Source: Perna viridis (taxonomy: Eukaryota). Taken from it: a DNA stretch of 64,000 nt. The stretch covers positions 40,654,851-40,718,850 of the forward strand of contig CM074519.1 of NCBI GenBank assembly GCA_037379345.1, written 5' to 3'. The notes beneath the pieces were generated by a model, which ran no database searches, was not told the DNA's origin, and saw nothing but the letters and a program-made list of their open reading frames with translations. The position numbers were made by a program, and so were the translations under genes. Below are positions 25,801 through 40,800 of the stretch, one piece after another. Numbering within the stretch: the first letter of the stretch is position 1; the number at the start of each line of letters is the position of its first letter.

Positions 25801-28800
25801 CTACAGTGAGTCATAGGTCTAGCATGGCAGGACACATTCATTGACATGGATAGATATGCTATGATTTGCATAACATTGTCCCCTTTACAATCTTCCCAAC
25901 AATCTACAACTAAATGGCTTCAACCAAAATTTAAATGATATGCAAAATGAACTTAAAGTCAAAAAGATTAAAAAAAAAAAACACCCATCAAGCATATATT
26001 TGCAGATCTAATGAAGGAAAACTGATTAAATTTTATAGAAACAATCGACTAATAACAAGAAGAAAACAATGAAAGCCATACCTTAATGTTCATCATTTAT
26101 ACAAATTGTGTAGATTTCCTACACCAAACTGACATGGTATCCACTTGACTTACATCTCCCAGGATAATTATACTGACAAACATCAAAGTCTCCCTGACCA
26201 TTGGTCTTAATATATAATTACATGTACTATTACAGATAATTATTTATAATGACATGATATAATAGGGTGTCCTGGTTTATACAGAGTAATCTTTGATCCT
26301 ATGATTCCCTGGTGAAGAGGGTGATTACCCTGTCTTCCTTGTTTAATCGAGGATGTAGATATACATGTACATTGATAGACTTGCTACAAGTTCCTCTTTA
26401 TTACATGTAAATCCCACACCATTGCAGTTGTTCAACCTGCTCCCTACTTAAGCCAATAACAGTATATTGTGAGCCATCAGACAGGGGCATTCAATCTATA
26501 CAGTCCATTATGAGCCATCAGACAGGGGCGTTCAATCTATACAGTCCATTGTGAGCCATCAGACAGGAGCGTTCAATCTATACAGTACATTGTAAGCCAT
26601 CAGAGAGGGGCGTTCAATCTATACAGTACATTGTGAGCCATCAGACAGGGGCGTTCAATCTATACAGTACATTGTGAGCCATCAAATAGGGGCATTCAAT
26701 CTATACAGTACATTGTGAGCCATCAGAGAGGGGCGTTCAATCTATACAGTCCATTGTGAGCCATTAGATAGGGGCATTCAATCTATACAGTACATGATTT
26801 TCTGATTAAATTTTTAGAGAAGCACTTGTCAATGATAATAATATCAAAAGCAGATTGAGTTTTGATATATTTGTACATGTATCATAAAATTGCATGTACC
26901 ATATGATCTATCTAAAATAATTAAAATCAATTTGACCACAAAAATTCTCTATTAGAGGATATAAAGACATGAATGAATGACTTTCTTCACGTAAGCAGCT
27001 TTAAAATGAGTCTAAATATTTGTCAAATCAAAACTTTTTAGTAAAAAAAAAAGTAATAGGGAAATATTTACCAAAAATATTTTAATATAATTTTTATAGA
27101 AATTAAAAACTTCCCTACCTCCTTTGTGAAGAACTCCCAAAATCTGACCAGCTAATTTCAGTTCAGAATTTATGTTGGGTCAGAAGTAGGATGTCATATC
27201 TTTACTACAATGTCAATAAATTTTTGATTCTGGTTTAATTCACACCACAATTAAACTTTAAAGAAAACAATGATCTTCAGTCTCACATGGAATTTCGATA
27301 AATTCTTTAATTTGATCGATTCAATTGAAATTTAGATATAAATCAATTTCTCTAATATTGTTCAGTCCATTATTGGTAAAATTTATATTGTATTTTTTTT
27401 TTATGGATTTTTAAAATGAGAATTTAAACACTTTTAGATTGTAAATCAAATGTTTATCCCTTATAAGAACACTTTCTATAACAATGAATAATTGGCCTTC
27501 AACAACTACACATACCCAACAGGAAGAAAATAATGTACCAACTACAGAATTCAATTTTTAAACAAGAATTCCAGTTTAATTTCACTTACTATCAATTTCA
27601 TATTTCCTCCTCCAGACTTTGACAAGATATGATCAAACTTCCAAAAATACTTAACTTTTTAAAAGCAATAATAAAAGAGATTAATGCCAACCTTTTCAGC
27701 AGATAAGTGCCACTTGGTGTGAAATTATAAAACAAATAACAAGATTTACTCAGATGGTGAAAAGAAAGTTTTACCACCTTTATGAGATAGAGAACTTGGG
27801 TGGTTTATAGAAGAAGGTGTTTAAATCTTATAAGCTTTGCCACCCGCCACCAAGTAAAATTAAAATGTATGTCAACAAAAACTTAATGAATTAAACAATG
27901 GTCCAGTGGACATCCTCCGACCACTTCAATTGACTCCTGAAAGGATTAGGGTGGGACAAAATATCATCATGTTATTCTAACACATGACACCGGCCATCAA
28001 TATGACATTAGGGCCATAGTTACTTTAAGGATAATTGTTTTGTACCTGGTATCACAACCTATTATGGACAGGAAATATTCCTCTTTGTTGATACAGGTGA
28101 AAATAAAAACATTCATTGATTTCACATAAAATAATATTCAATCCAATATTAGGGGATATAGAAAAACTTGGCATGGACCTATGGTGTTTCAATTTAAGGC
28201 ATTCTTATTTATTGCTCCTCATATAAACACAAAATTGAATTTTATCATAAAAGACATTTATGTTTATAAAAATCAAAGTCTCCTTCTGTTCATTTGATTT
28301 ATGAGGAATGTTCACAAATTAAATCCTACTACCATTCCAAATGCAAGGCCCTTTTTTGGAACATCCTAAACAACATATTGACCACATCCATACTGAATTA
28401 TTGCTGTTTAATCTTATCATTGAAGACTCCCTCATGGAAGAATAATTCTCTTTTATTACATTATAAACTACCTGTGCTATTTAGCAATATGTCTGACTCT
28501 GAAATCTTCTTCTAGCAGAAAGGTTTGTGTCAGACATTTAGAGGTCAAAGTCTCAGTAATTCTTTTATTTTTTAAATGGGGCAAAAATCTTTCACTGAAG
28601 TTAAATGTTCAGAAAATATTGCAGACTTGATTGAAGAAAAAATAGTAAATATAATACATTTTTTCAAAGACATTTTGAACCTTGAGCAGTCAATAAATGA
28701 AAAGTCCTGTAATCAATCCCTGAGGTTAAAGGTTATATGCAATTCTAACCTTGTGATCCTATATAAAAGTAAAGAAATCTATAAACTATATGGAATGAAA

Positions 28801-31800
28801 TGTTATTCTAAATGATTTTATTTACATTATAGGTTATCTATTGGATACTATCCATTCATCTTTTTACCACAGTAAGGGATTTCATTATACTTTAATAAAA
28901 AAACATCCATACATCTTCCTTATTCTTCACATACCACACAGGATTGCATACATCTTGGTACAAAACATAGCTTCTACCTGATTTAACGGACAAAATTATT
29001 TTTCATTATGTTGTCTAATGGTATTTTGCTGTAATGGGCAGGCAACAGATGGCGATAAAATGCCTCATTTTGTGGTAATATCAATTTCTTGAATATCTTG
29101 TGACAGCTTGCCACAATGATCATTTGAGAAGTATTATTGAGAAGAAATAAAGCCTTTAAAATCTGATACGACTGCAGTTTGATTAACTTAAATAATGTTT
29201 AACACATAGGACTACAGCATAACTTTTGTTCATCAATGTCAATGGCCAGGAGTTATCAATTAAATATTTACTGAAGCCCCAATTTGCTGAATGTAAGAGT
29301 TTGAAACTTACAGCCTTATAACATAACCAAAGGGAGGGTTTTAGAAAAAGAATTGTAGAAATAACATCTCATGTGTTAAGAAAAGATCACCAACAGGATA
29401 TATTGTATTAATCTTTTGTGATACCTGTTAGTGGTTGTGGTGTTGTGACATTTTGGCATATACTAGATCAGGTTGATTATATTTGCCGGTGTGAAAATTG
29501 GCGATTTTAAGAGCAAAAAGGTACACAAAATATTTTGGCATTAAGACAAGAGTAAATGTTTCACAGAATTTATTTTGATGTTTTTAGACAGGCTGCTAAA
29601 ATATGCCAAAATTAGCACCCCATAAAAATTACCCACTATCGGGTACTTAGAGCTCAGTACAACAGAAATTTGTTGGACAAAATGTACATAAATACCATAT
29701 TAACTACTGAATAATAATAAAAAAAACATAAGGAAAGAAAAATAAAAGTCATCCTTAAAAAACTTAATCAAAACCATGTAGGAAGCAAACAACAATCAAG
29801 TCTAATCAGGAAATAAAAAAAAGAAAATCTCTTACTCATGGTAACTTTGACACATCTGAATTATCACTTTGAGCTATTTCAGTTCTAATGTATTATATAG
29901 TCATGAAGACTTCCAATTTTGTTCTGTTTGATATCAAAGCAGCAAAAAAAAAAGAACAACTTCGAAGTACCAGTACCTGTGCCCTCATTTTCTCAAAAAC
30001 AACATCCTGCATCATGGTACCACAGACCAAATCTTCCATTGCCAGTCTTCACGTACCCAACATGGATTAGTACCTAATTACCACATCCTTACATAACCCA
30101 CTTAATCCATTCTAATCCTCTCATACCACTGTATTCCCTATACAGTTTCCAGCAATACCATCAGTTAAATAAAAGTCTTCAGTAAGCATCAAATGGTATA
30201 AATTTAATTGTGATTCAGAGTCTGACTACCGAGTATTGATTCAATGAATCACAAGGAGTTTCCTGATACTTCTCAAGTACTTGAATTAATGATTCATTAC
30301 ACCAATTAGTATGTATTTAGACCAATTGACAACATGAACATTTTAGTCCCAAGGAGATTCCTGGAAATTGTCTCTAATTGACCATGAAAACCAAGATATG
30401 CTTCATTGGATTATAATAATAAGGACTTCAATGTAGAATTGAATTAACATAGTCTCCATAGGGACTACTATGAAGATATGATCAACTATCATAATCATAA
30501 TAAAGAAACTGTGGGTACCTCATAAAATAAGTCTCAGGATATGTATGTTAAAAATCTCTTTTAGAGTAAAGACTTGGAAAGACTTTGGTATCTTTTCAGG
30601 CTTAACAGCAACAGAAATATGAAAAATAATAATGGCAAGAGTTGAAGAGCTATCATGAACCCTGAAACACTACATCAATTGCAAATGAGACCATGGAAGT
30701 ATGTCGAGATAAAGTACTTCCATGACGTGAACAATATTCCTTACAACCAGACATATTCTGAAGTCTAATGACTTCACTGACAATACAGCCTGTTTTAACC
30801 ATACATATGTCTATACAGAATAAATCAGTCCAGTGATGGTTTAGTTTAGATAGGTTTAGTCCAGTAAAGGTTTAGTTTCGACAGGTTAATGTAGGTACTT
30901 AATTACTGTATGTTCCCCTCATTAACGCTTCTTCTAGTTTTGTTTAACTGTTTACTGTTTCAAAATGTTCTATTCAAATCAAAATACCAAATAACATTAA
31001 CTATTGATTATAGAGAGAAAAACAGCTATTTTGTGTACATCATTTCATTTGAATACCTCATTTTACAATAAATTATCAAACATTCAAACAAATATATTGC
31101 TTAAATATATACCTTACCGATTTACTGAATTCATAACCATCCAATTATTCCTACATAAATGTCTAAATGTACAGAACAAACACAGAAAAATTTCAGTCCT
31201 TTTCCATCTAATACTGTTTCAGTTTCCAATCAATAATCTGATAAAGCTTTTATATGATCCTGACTTTCAAATCTTCAGGATGCTTTTTTGCAAGCATCTG
31301 ATGAAAAGTCCTGAGAATGCCTATTATTTTTACGCTTTATTGGAATTTTCACTGAAGCCTTCAGGCATCAAATATTTTATCAATAGAATTGAAGACATGT
31401 GAATAGAACTAATTCATTTCTATGGTATTAAGCCTGAATTAATTACAAAGGATTTGATTGAATCAGCATTAAAATTCATGTAATTACCTGAATAAGAACA
31501 AAACTACAGATCTTCATGCAATGCTTCAATGGAACACAATCAAGAAATAGTTCATCTCTGTTGATAGAGTGACATTTTGACATCAAAAAGAATTCTAAAT
31601 TTTGCTGTAGAACATTTTGTTTCATAGAGTTCTGGCATGTTGAATGGTTATACAATACTTTCTTCCAAAACATTTTTTTTCAATTTACTAAGGTCTATAA
31701 ATTAAATATCATTCATAAGCTTCATGTACATAGTTCTGCCTAATGTAGCTAGACAATTAAAGCATGCCTTGCAGAGAAAACATGATTTGATTGATTCTAT

Positions 31801-34800
31801 CCTTACTGTCTTAAAACTGAAAAGCTCATCATAGACCATAAAACACATACAGTACTTCCTACCATAGACCTGAGACAACACACAACTAGTATAATTAGCT
31901 TAAATCAAGGTAACAAATTTCTTGTAAATCTAGAGAATGGGGGCAAATAAAATCATGTAATATGATACATTTATGTATTTTTTACTGAGAAAAATCAATC
32001 ATTTTCTAATTTTATGGCTATTTGATTATTTTTGTTTCCATGGATACTTTTGAAAGTATTAAGACAAATTTGCAAATATCTTTTTATTCCTTTCATGTAA
32101 TATTATGTTTAAAAATCTTATAGCCTGCAATGACATTGGAGCCTCAGTTTATGCCTTTAACTCTACTAGCCAAAACCATAAATCTTATCATTACTTCCAA
32201 TATCAAGCAGCAAATTTTACGAAGTTTTCCTTTTAATAGCTATTCTCGAGCTTCTGGCTAGATTGGTGACAGTGGACTCTAGACCTAAATAATGTTAAAA
32301 AATTCTTTTCCTTTTACCTATTATGTGTATTTTACATGCTAACTTTACTGGCATGTCTTTACTAAAATCGAAGCTATATTGTTTACGTAAAATTAACTTT
32401 TATAAGTCAGATAATCCTTTGAATATTTAACAGTCCACAAACTGTACATTACATGTGAAATTACATAACATTAGCCCATGTAGATTCCTCCTTTATTTTA
32501 ATGCTTTCAATCTACCATTCATTTGTACAGAAATCTAAACCGCTCAAATACTGAACGATAGTTTCTAGACTGACCCTTTAAATACAGCTGTTATAACAAC
32601 CAAGTGCATAAATTCAAAGTCAATACTTCTATTACAAACTTTGATATTAAACTTTTAACAGTTCTATAACAGCCTTTAATATCCAAACAATGCAATATTC
32701 TAGAAATTCAATAAGCCCATCTGTCACATTAAAACTTCAAAAGATTTTAACTCTACATATAAAAGAACCGTTGCACATATTTAAAAGGTTCACAAATGTT
32801 AACCTCTGCAGCTTAATAACACCATGAGGTCTTTAGAACTTTGAAAGAGATGTCAGTTGTCCTAACAGGACTTTTCATCAAAGACCCGCCATATATTGTT
32901 ATAAAGAAAACAACATTCAACCTTGTCATCTTACATGAAACCTAAACTAATTGTGGGAACTTTTGGCTACACAAACAATACTTTATCAGCTGGTTCTTGA
33001 GACCAATGATGCCCTATTATCCTAAAGCACCTGCCCAGTAGGCTAATTAAGGTAAACATCAAAGTCCCTCTCACCTGTAACAATACTAAGGTAACAGGAA
33101 CTAACTACTTCTGGTCAATGGTCAAGTAATACCACCAGCATGATATTGACATGGAAACTGATATCTTAAGAGGGTAGCATGGAAAATGATATCTAAAGAC
33201 GGTAGGATGGAAACAACTCTCAAGTACATGTATTGGAGCACTATATGTCTAGCAAGATTAGTATATCTCTATAGCATTTCTATCAATTCTAAATCCATAC
33301 TCAAGACTGCTACTACTATTTATGGAAGGTAGGCTTAGCTCAGTGATTGAAATATCTAATTAAAAAATGTTAAAAATCTTCAATGCCTCCTTCACAGTTT
33401 ATTTATATCTGACTCACAAATGCTTTTCCTAATTTTATTTTTCACTACTAACCTAAAGAAGTGAAAATTTAAATTTTAGCAACAAGGCATTTATTTGAAA
33501 AAATAAAAATAGCAGAATATAATTTATTTTAATATCAAGTCATATCAACTGACACAATAATTGCTACAATCAGATCAAAATTTAACTCACCACAAAAAAT
33601 GCAGATACTTTGACTAGATAATGTTGGTTATCATTTAGCTATCAGTTCTAATAAGTGGCAATTACATATCATATCATAAAATAAGCAAATTAATATGTAA
33701 TGTTGACATACCTGGGCATAATCCACTTGTTTGTCATCCTCCGGACAACGAAATACTCCTGTGCTGCAAGGGAAAAATAAATTATAATTAGAATAACACA
33801 AATCAAGTTTGATGAATCAATATAGGTATTGTTCCAGTAGCTTAACTGAATCCAATGCTGTAAGCTAAGTATTACATTATCATATGTCACTCAACGTAGC
33901 GTCAACAATATGTGTAACAGTAGTCTATCTCCTACAATATAATGTTTACAAACATACGATAACGATGTGAATATGTAATAGGACTATGACAATCCCATCA
34001 GTATCAATTGTATTTACCCAAACATGATACTACAGCCACACGACTGTAATTTAGTCTCCATGAGTTTATACAGAGCTTTGTCAAAAGCTGCCGTGAAACA
34101 CTGTGGCGACAAGCAGGATAAAAATCCTTTGTCACTTAGTGTTTTTGTTCCGAGTTAACAGAACCAAAAACCGTTCAGAAACTTAAAACAAAAGAATCAA
34201 GCATGTTCCTACAACATAAAGATATTCCTTACAACCCAGTTTTTTCTACCATAAAAATCAGATTTGATTTAAAGAGGTGATAGAAAGATAAAACAAGGGA
34301 AAAGTCTGTCGATTCATGTTCAGCCAACAAGTTTAAATGTAATATTCATTAAGTAAAACAATGAAGTCATTGACAGAAGGGAAAAGTCTTTATATGTAAA
34401 AACAAAACAAGAAATCTATCACTGATGAAAGAAAATGAACTGTTTCAAAGTGATTAAAATAGATATTAGTTTTTTTCAAAATAAAATGAAAATTTTATAT
34501 ACTTCATGTAAAAACAGAGCACAAACTTACTAATAGGTTAAATATAGTACTAAAATCAACAAAGAAAGTTGCTTTTTATTGAAAAGATGCCAAAATTTAC
34601 TTAGCAGACTATATTGATAAAAAAAGTCTTTAAATAGTCGCTGACTCTAACTGAGCTTATTATATCTATATATAGTCCTTGAAAATTTGTGAAGAGGGTA
34701 TAAATATGAATCTTATGAAATTTTATATCTTGTAAGATAGCAAATAATGTTATCACAAGAAAATACTTCATAATAAGAAACTTAAAATCAAATGAAAGTC

Positions 34801-37800
34801 AATAAAATAATGTTTAGAAGGGATGAAACATATATACCCCCAAATGTTGTTTCACACATGAGGGCCACATCGTTTGCAGAGGGTATAAATATAACATGAT
34901 GCACAACTTGAGCTTGGTATAGTAGCTGACAGCTCATCAACAAAAGAAAAAACTGACTTACATTGGTTCCTTAGAATGTTTGATTAACTTCAGGCTAGCT
35001 TTAATGAGTTCTTCCCTTCCTATAGCAGGTAGATCTTGAGCACTGACCAGACCAGGCATTATATTGTTACTGATGACACCCATTGTCACAGAATATATCC
35101 CCAAGAGTCAGGAGAAAAAATTCTAACAAAGTTATCTTAGTGACAAATTAAATACCCACACTTTCCACCAAATACAAATTCATTTAAATTTAAAACTTTG
35201 TCAACAACATTACTGGGCAGATGGACTGACAGATGTAACTCTTCCTTAAATCTGATTGGTCAATTATGAACCTGGTCAAAATTTTACACATGCGAGGCAC
35301 ATGGTACTGTATACCTTCATATTGTAGCTGCATATTTTTAATAGCAGATCAAAGTGAACATTTGTATCCCGTTCAAATATGTTCATTGGCCACGCGCCTT
35401 TACAGTTATCCATTGTAATAGGATGACTATATCGGCATGATAAGATCAATACATCTAATAAGCTTCAATAGTATAGCACAAAAGGTTTTTGAAATCCTCA
35501 AATTCTATTCAAATTTATATGCTATCATGAAAATGGGCTGGAAATTATAATTTTAGAGCGGTATTCATAAGCTGATGTTTTATGGTAATTATTTCAGTTG
35601 AATGAAGAGTTTTTTGTTCTTGGGTGAACGCAGATGGGTTTATATTATAAATCTGTCCGTTAGAGGTCACAATATTTAATTACATTTTACCCTGAAATTA
35701 CCCATTTTGGAATTTATAATTCTAGGGAATTAACTTATTTTGGTCTTTTCAAATTTCACAGTAAAAAATCTTTATAAACACAATGATTCAGCAGTAAATT
35801 GACCCAAATTAAATAATCTCGTAATGAAGTTGTAATTGCAAACCATTTAAAATAATAGGGGGAAATAAAAATTCTTACCTTTATTTTGCAGTTTTACTTT
35901 TTAAAAAAAATTAGATATGAAATCATACTAGCAAAAATAATCATTAATCAATTCAAGAAGCTAACAAATAATATGTACTAACAACATAAACAAAACAATA
36001 AAAAAAAAATTCCCTAAAAATGTCACTATAAAAATGTATCTACCTTTCCACTTTGTCTTTCAACATGTTAAATGTTTGATGTGATTGGAAATGATCACTA
36101 GAGTTCAATAGATCACATGTTTTTTTAATCTGTAAATTGATGTCTTGGTCTACTGATAACAATCTATACAATTTTTATCTTTTATGTAAGAAACCAGTAA
36201 TAAAGAAATCAACTACTACTGACCAATAAAAGGATAAACTATTACCATGATATTGTACAAGGACCCTTAGGCGAGGGACTGGTCCAAATCTATTCATAGG
36301 TATCATATCAATTTATTTAAATAAGATGTTGAGGACCCAAGGGAAAATATACCACAAGTCTTCTATTCAATCCACATAAACATAAATACCCAGCTATGGT
36401 CCCGTGGTCAAACTTGTCAAATCATTAACTGATAAAAGACATAATCAACATTCAGTGCTTCAACACAATTAGAAAATAGGCTAATATTGCAATGCTAAAA
36501 ATAATAAATATCTAGATTCTAATCCCCTCCCGACCCAATTTTTTCACCCTTCACAAAAATTAGAAAAAAAAAATTTTTCCCAATTTAGTTCAATTTCTTC
36601 CAATGTGACAGCATTTTTCAATTAAATACCAATAGATAAAAAATAAAAAATAAAATTCAACCACTGCCCACCCTAATTTTAATTTTGAAAAATGTTGAAT
36701 AAGAATCTAGGAACTATTTTGACAAAAATGTTTGAATATTGGTTCAATATTTTTTTAGTTAAAGATAACAATAAACAGAGTAAAGCAGCTACTAGATCTA
36801 CTATTTCCATTGGTGATGCAGGTAAAAGGTCAAATAAAATTTCACAATGTATCTGCCATTGGTATCTAAATAAAATTTCATGATGTCTCTACCGTTGGTA
36901 ATTTAAATAATATTTTCTGACTCCTTACAGATATGCATATCTAAGATGCTCATGAGTGTCTTATAAGACTGAAAAATTAGAGAAATTTTACTTTGCTGGG
37001 AAATAGTTCAGTTCAAAGCTGTTCATCATAACCTCATCCAAGAAAGTTCTGGAGATGTAGGCCACTTTATGGAACATTGGTATTAATGATTATAGAATTA
37101 ATCAGGCATCTGTTGAGGAAGTTTATTGGTCCATCAAGTCTGATACTTAACTAACCAACTATCAATTTTCATCAAAATTAACTTCATGCCAGCAATTAGT
37201 TCTGACATGACTATCAATATTATAATGACTTAAATTGGCTAAAATGACGTTCTAAAAGGCTTAAAATCACAACTGAAAGGTTCCTGTGGTACTTGATATG
37301 AATTGTAGGCAGTCTGTAATGGCAGATTGATGGGAAATCTATATGTTTGTTTATTCTAAAATTTATGGTTATAATCTAATATGTGATGTTGAAATTTTAC
37401 AGACTTGCTATAGAAACCAAGGACTCATATTCAAGTCTAACCTAGAATTTTCTAAAGAAGCACTTGTAAATTACGTAATGCAGAGTCTGCAGTTACTATA
37501 AATGCTGATTAAACCACAATATTTCTACAATCCTTTCATGGGCACCTGTTTCTATCAACAGGTGATTATTTGGTAGTAACCAGGCATAAATAGAAGCAAA
37601 TGGTTCTTGTTCCCTTTTAATCTCAGTAATATTTTATATTACCTGCTATTTACAGGTATGCTCGTTAAATCCAAATGTTGCAAAGATTAAATTGATGGGA
37701 CATCCTATAAACTGGTGATTTTGAAAATAATGATAATAGGTGTAATCTTTTACGGAAAAGTAAACTCGTATTCACCAAATGTTACGGATATCAAACAGAG

Positions 37801-40800
37801 GAACACCTTATAAAATGGAAGTCTTGGCTGTAACGACTAGGAACAGTATCATTATCACACCTAGATTATACCTTTACCTGATGATTACCTTGTAGGAGAT
37901 AGGATGTAGTCAATTATCATAAGAATCTGACTGGTAGGGAGGGTGACATTTATATCTCAACATATGGTAGAGTTCCCTGTCAATGACCCAATTGTGGTTA
38001 TATGTTGTAAAAATACCAATATTGGAATTTGGGAGTTCCATTTAAGGGATAGTTAAAAATTTTATTCAAAGAACTACTCTATCAATGCAATTTCATTCCT
38101 CAATACTCATTAGGATTGAAACAAGTCAGAAAATAGCTTGCATAAGTACTTGGAATCAGACTGCAAACTTTTTCCAACTGCGATCAAACAAGTCATAATT
38201 TGTTCTATTTGTCATTTGTCATTTGAAATCCTACCCCTCCATGTTCGGAAAACTATGGACCCATACCTGTTACAGATACATTAAATTGTATATCAATTTC
38301 CCTTTTATATATGACTTCATGGTCTATTGTCTGTAGTGCTTGCCAAGCCACAAAAACACAACACTTCGATTAAAACAAAGCAAACACAATGACTTTAACC
38401 ATTAGTAAACATTTCTCAGTACAATCCTATAGATCCCACAATAATGTGAAGTTTACCAGCTGCTACTGTAATAAATGGGGAAGTGACCCTTAGGACAGGT
38501 GATTCATATCTATCTTTTTTTTATGTTCACTAAAGCTTAGAATATCATTTGTAAGACATTTTCAACAGATAATCAAACAGACAGACAGACAAACAGAGCA
38601 GTTATTATAGGGCATTAAATAGTGTGGCCCTAATTAATCATGTGTTTCAATTATTCTGAATTTTGATCTTTCAGTTTTCTATAGGTCCTGCCTTGAGGAT
38701 ATAGACAACTTCTTCATTGTAGATAATTAATAATACAAACAAAAATTTTACTTATTTATTTAAACTTTTTTGTTCAATGACTTCTTTAACAAATTGTGTG
38801 TCATAAAAAGAGATTGTACAAACAAAATGTTTGCTCAACCATACCATAAAAGGTTAAAAGTCAACAGAGCCCACACATAAATGTCATAATGTCTTCTACT
38901 CAGCTTACCAATTCCATTGGCACTTGTACAAATTTATGAAAGTATGAATGAAACTTTATAAAAAAAAATCAGTCCCAAATAATTGATTAATATAACAGAA
39001 TTGATTGGCTGATTTGGTCTACAGAATCATAACTTTATCACATTGGTAATGTGTGACATTACTGATATGACAATAAACAAGCTTTATAATGAAATTCTGT
39101 TATGAACCAAGGGGTTCAAATTGAGTTTAAAATGAATGTTTTGCAGAGCCTGGCTTGATATAACTGAAAAGGTGGAATCCTGAACATGACAGGGCCTGGC
39201 TTGAAACGACTGAAGAGGTGGAACCCTGAACTGTTGGGGCAAGTATGGGCACATCATTCATGCTTGATGCAGCCCTGAATTTTGATTGCAATAAAATATT
39301 TGACACAGGATAAGAATTTGACCAGAATTCAAGTGGTACCTCTATAATCCCAAAATACTTTTTCAGTTAATAAGAGAAAATACTCCTTTACTTTTCAAAG
39401 GAAAACAATGACAAAGGAAACATTGACAATGAACTATTTCCACAAATTCCAAATATAAAATCTTCTTTCCACCTTTTTGCGCTTTATGTTTAATGGGGAT
39501 GAAGCCAAAATCTAAAAAAAAAAAAAAAAATACAGAGCCCTCTGCCGTGTCCCTAGGAACGATGTGTTAAAATTTCAAAAAGTTTCACAGAAGTTATTAT
39601 AAATAAATGAAAGTAAAGGGATGCTAACAGCATGATAATATCATATTTCCACAATTTATTTGGTGGTCAAATAAAAATTACTTCTGAAAATATTCTTAAC
39701 AATTTCAGAGAAAATATATTCTTATGATTGGAGGAAGACATGGAAGTTAAATATATTCTCAGGCTTGAGAAATTTTTAAGTTTTGTAATGCCTTGGTGAA
39801 AATGAATAGAATTTGTTTCATTTAAACTAAAAATTGCACTCACAAACCCATTCAAAAACAAAAACGAAACAAGAGGTTGCATGCTACATGATGCTAAGAA
39901 TACCCCTACTGAACCCTTTCATTCAAACTCAGGACAGGAAACATGGTGCAAGTCACCATGCAAAAGCAATATACCAAATATCTAAGCATTCTCTCCAATA
40001 GAAACCAAGATATCTGCACAGAAAAGTGCATAACGGATAAAAGGACAAACGGACTGACAGACAAGGTGATTCCAATATAGCCCCTACTCAATGAGATGGG
40101 TATAGTAAGATTAATATAAGTAAAGAATAAGAAAATATTTTTTAAAAAGTTATGTATTACCTTGTATATCACTGACCTAATGATTTATCATGATAACTTT
40201 AGTTCCTCTAATGTAACCATATCACATTGTCCTCAGTAAAATTTTAAAATATTTGGCAAAACTACAACTATTTCTGAATCACATTATTGTTATATCAGTC
40301 TGGGGACTAAGAAAATAGTTTCTATAAAAAGTTCAAGATCTGATCTTTAAAACTAACAATATTCATATCAATCAATTTCAATTACAATGTACTTGTGCTG
40401 CTATGTGTTAAAGAAGAAATCAAAAAACACTCAAGCAGATTAAAATGAGAAAGTCCATGCCTGACATGATATGTTGGTACTGAAAAGTTCAAAAACAAGA
40501 GGATCTGACATTTGATCTTCTACAAATATACCCTTGATATCAATCATTAGCTTTAAAGTACTAGTCTAATGCAACATTCTGTGTAATGAGGAATTTCATA
40601 GGACAAAGTCCTAAATTTCAGGATTGACTGCTGCATGTTTGTTTACGACTGCGCAGAATTATTTCATAGGACTTTAATTTTTATTTTTACAGACAATTTT
40701 GACTGTTGCATTAGAATGGAGATAACCATACTGTTTTTGCAGATTTGTTGACACAATTCTAGATTTGACTGTGGTGAATATCCATCTGTGTTGCCAGTAA

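Noticed and set aside
26459-26795. CRISPR-like array
   Set aside because: Units are contiguous with no unique spacers, the context is eukaryotic, and there are no cas genes. The same applies to 58749-58964.
33330-33360. tRNA A-box-like GGCTTAGCTCAGTG
   Set aside because: No B box or cloverleaf follows.
39147-39232. Two-copy ~47-bp direct repeat containing GAAAC and CTGAAGA
   Set aside because: Motif order and spacing are incompatible with a hammerhead; it is a simple old tandem duplication.
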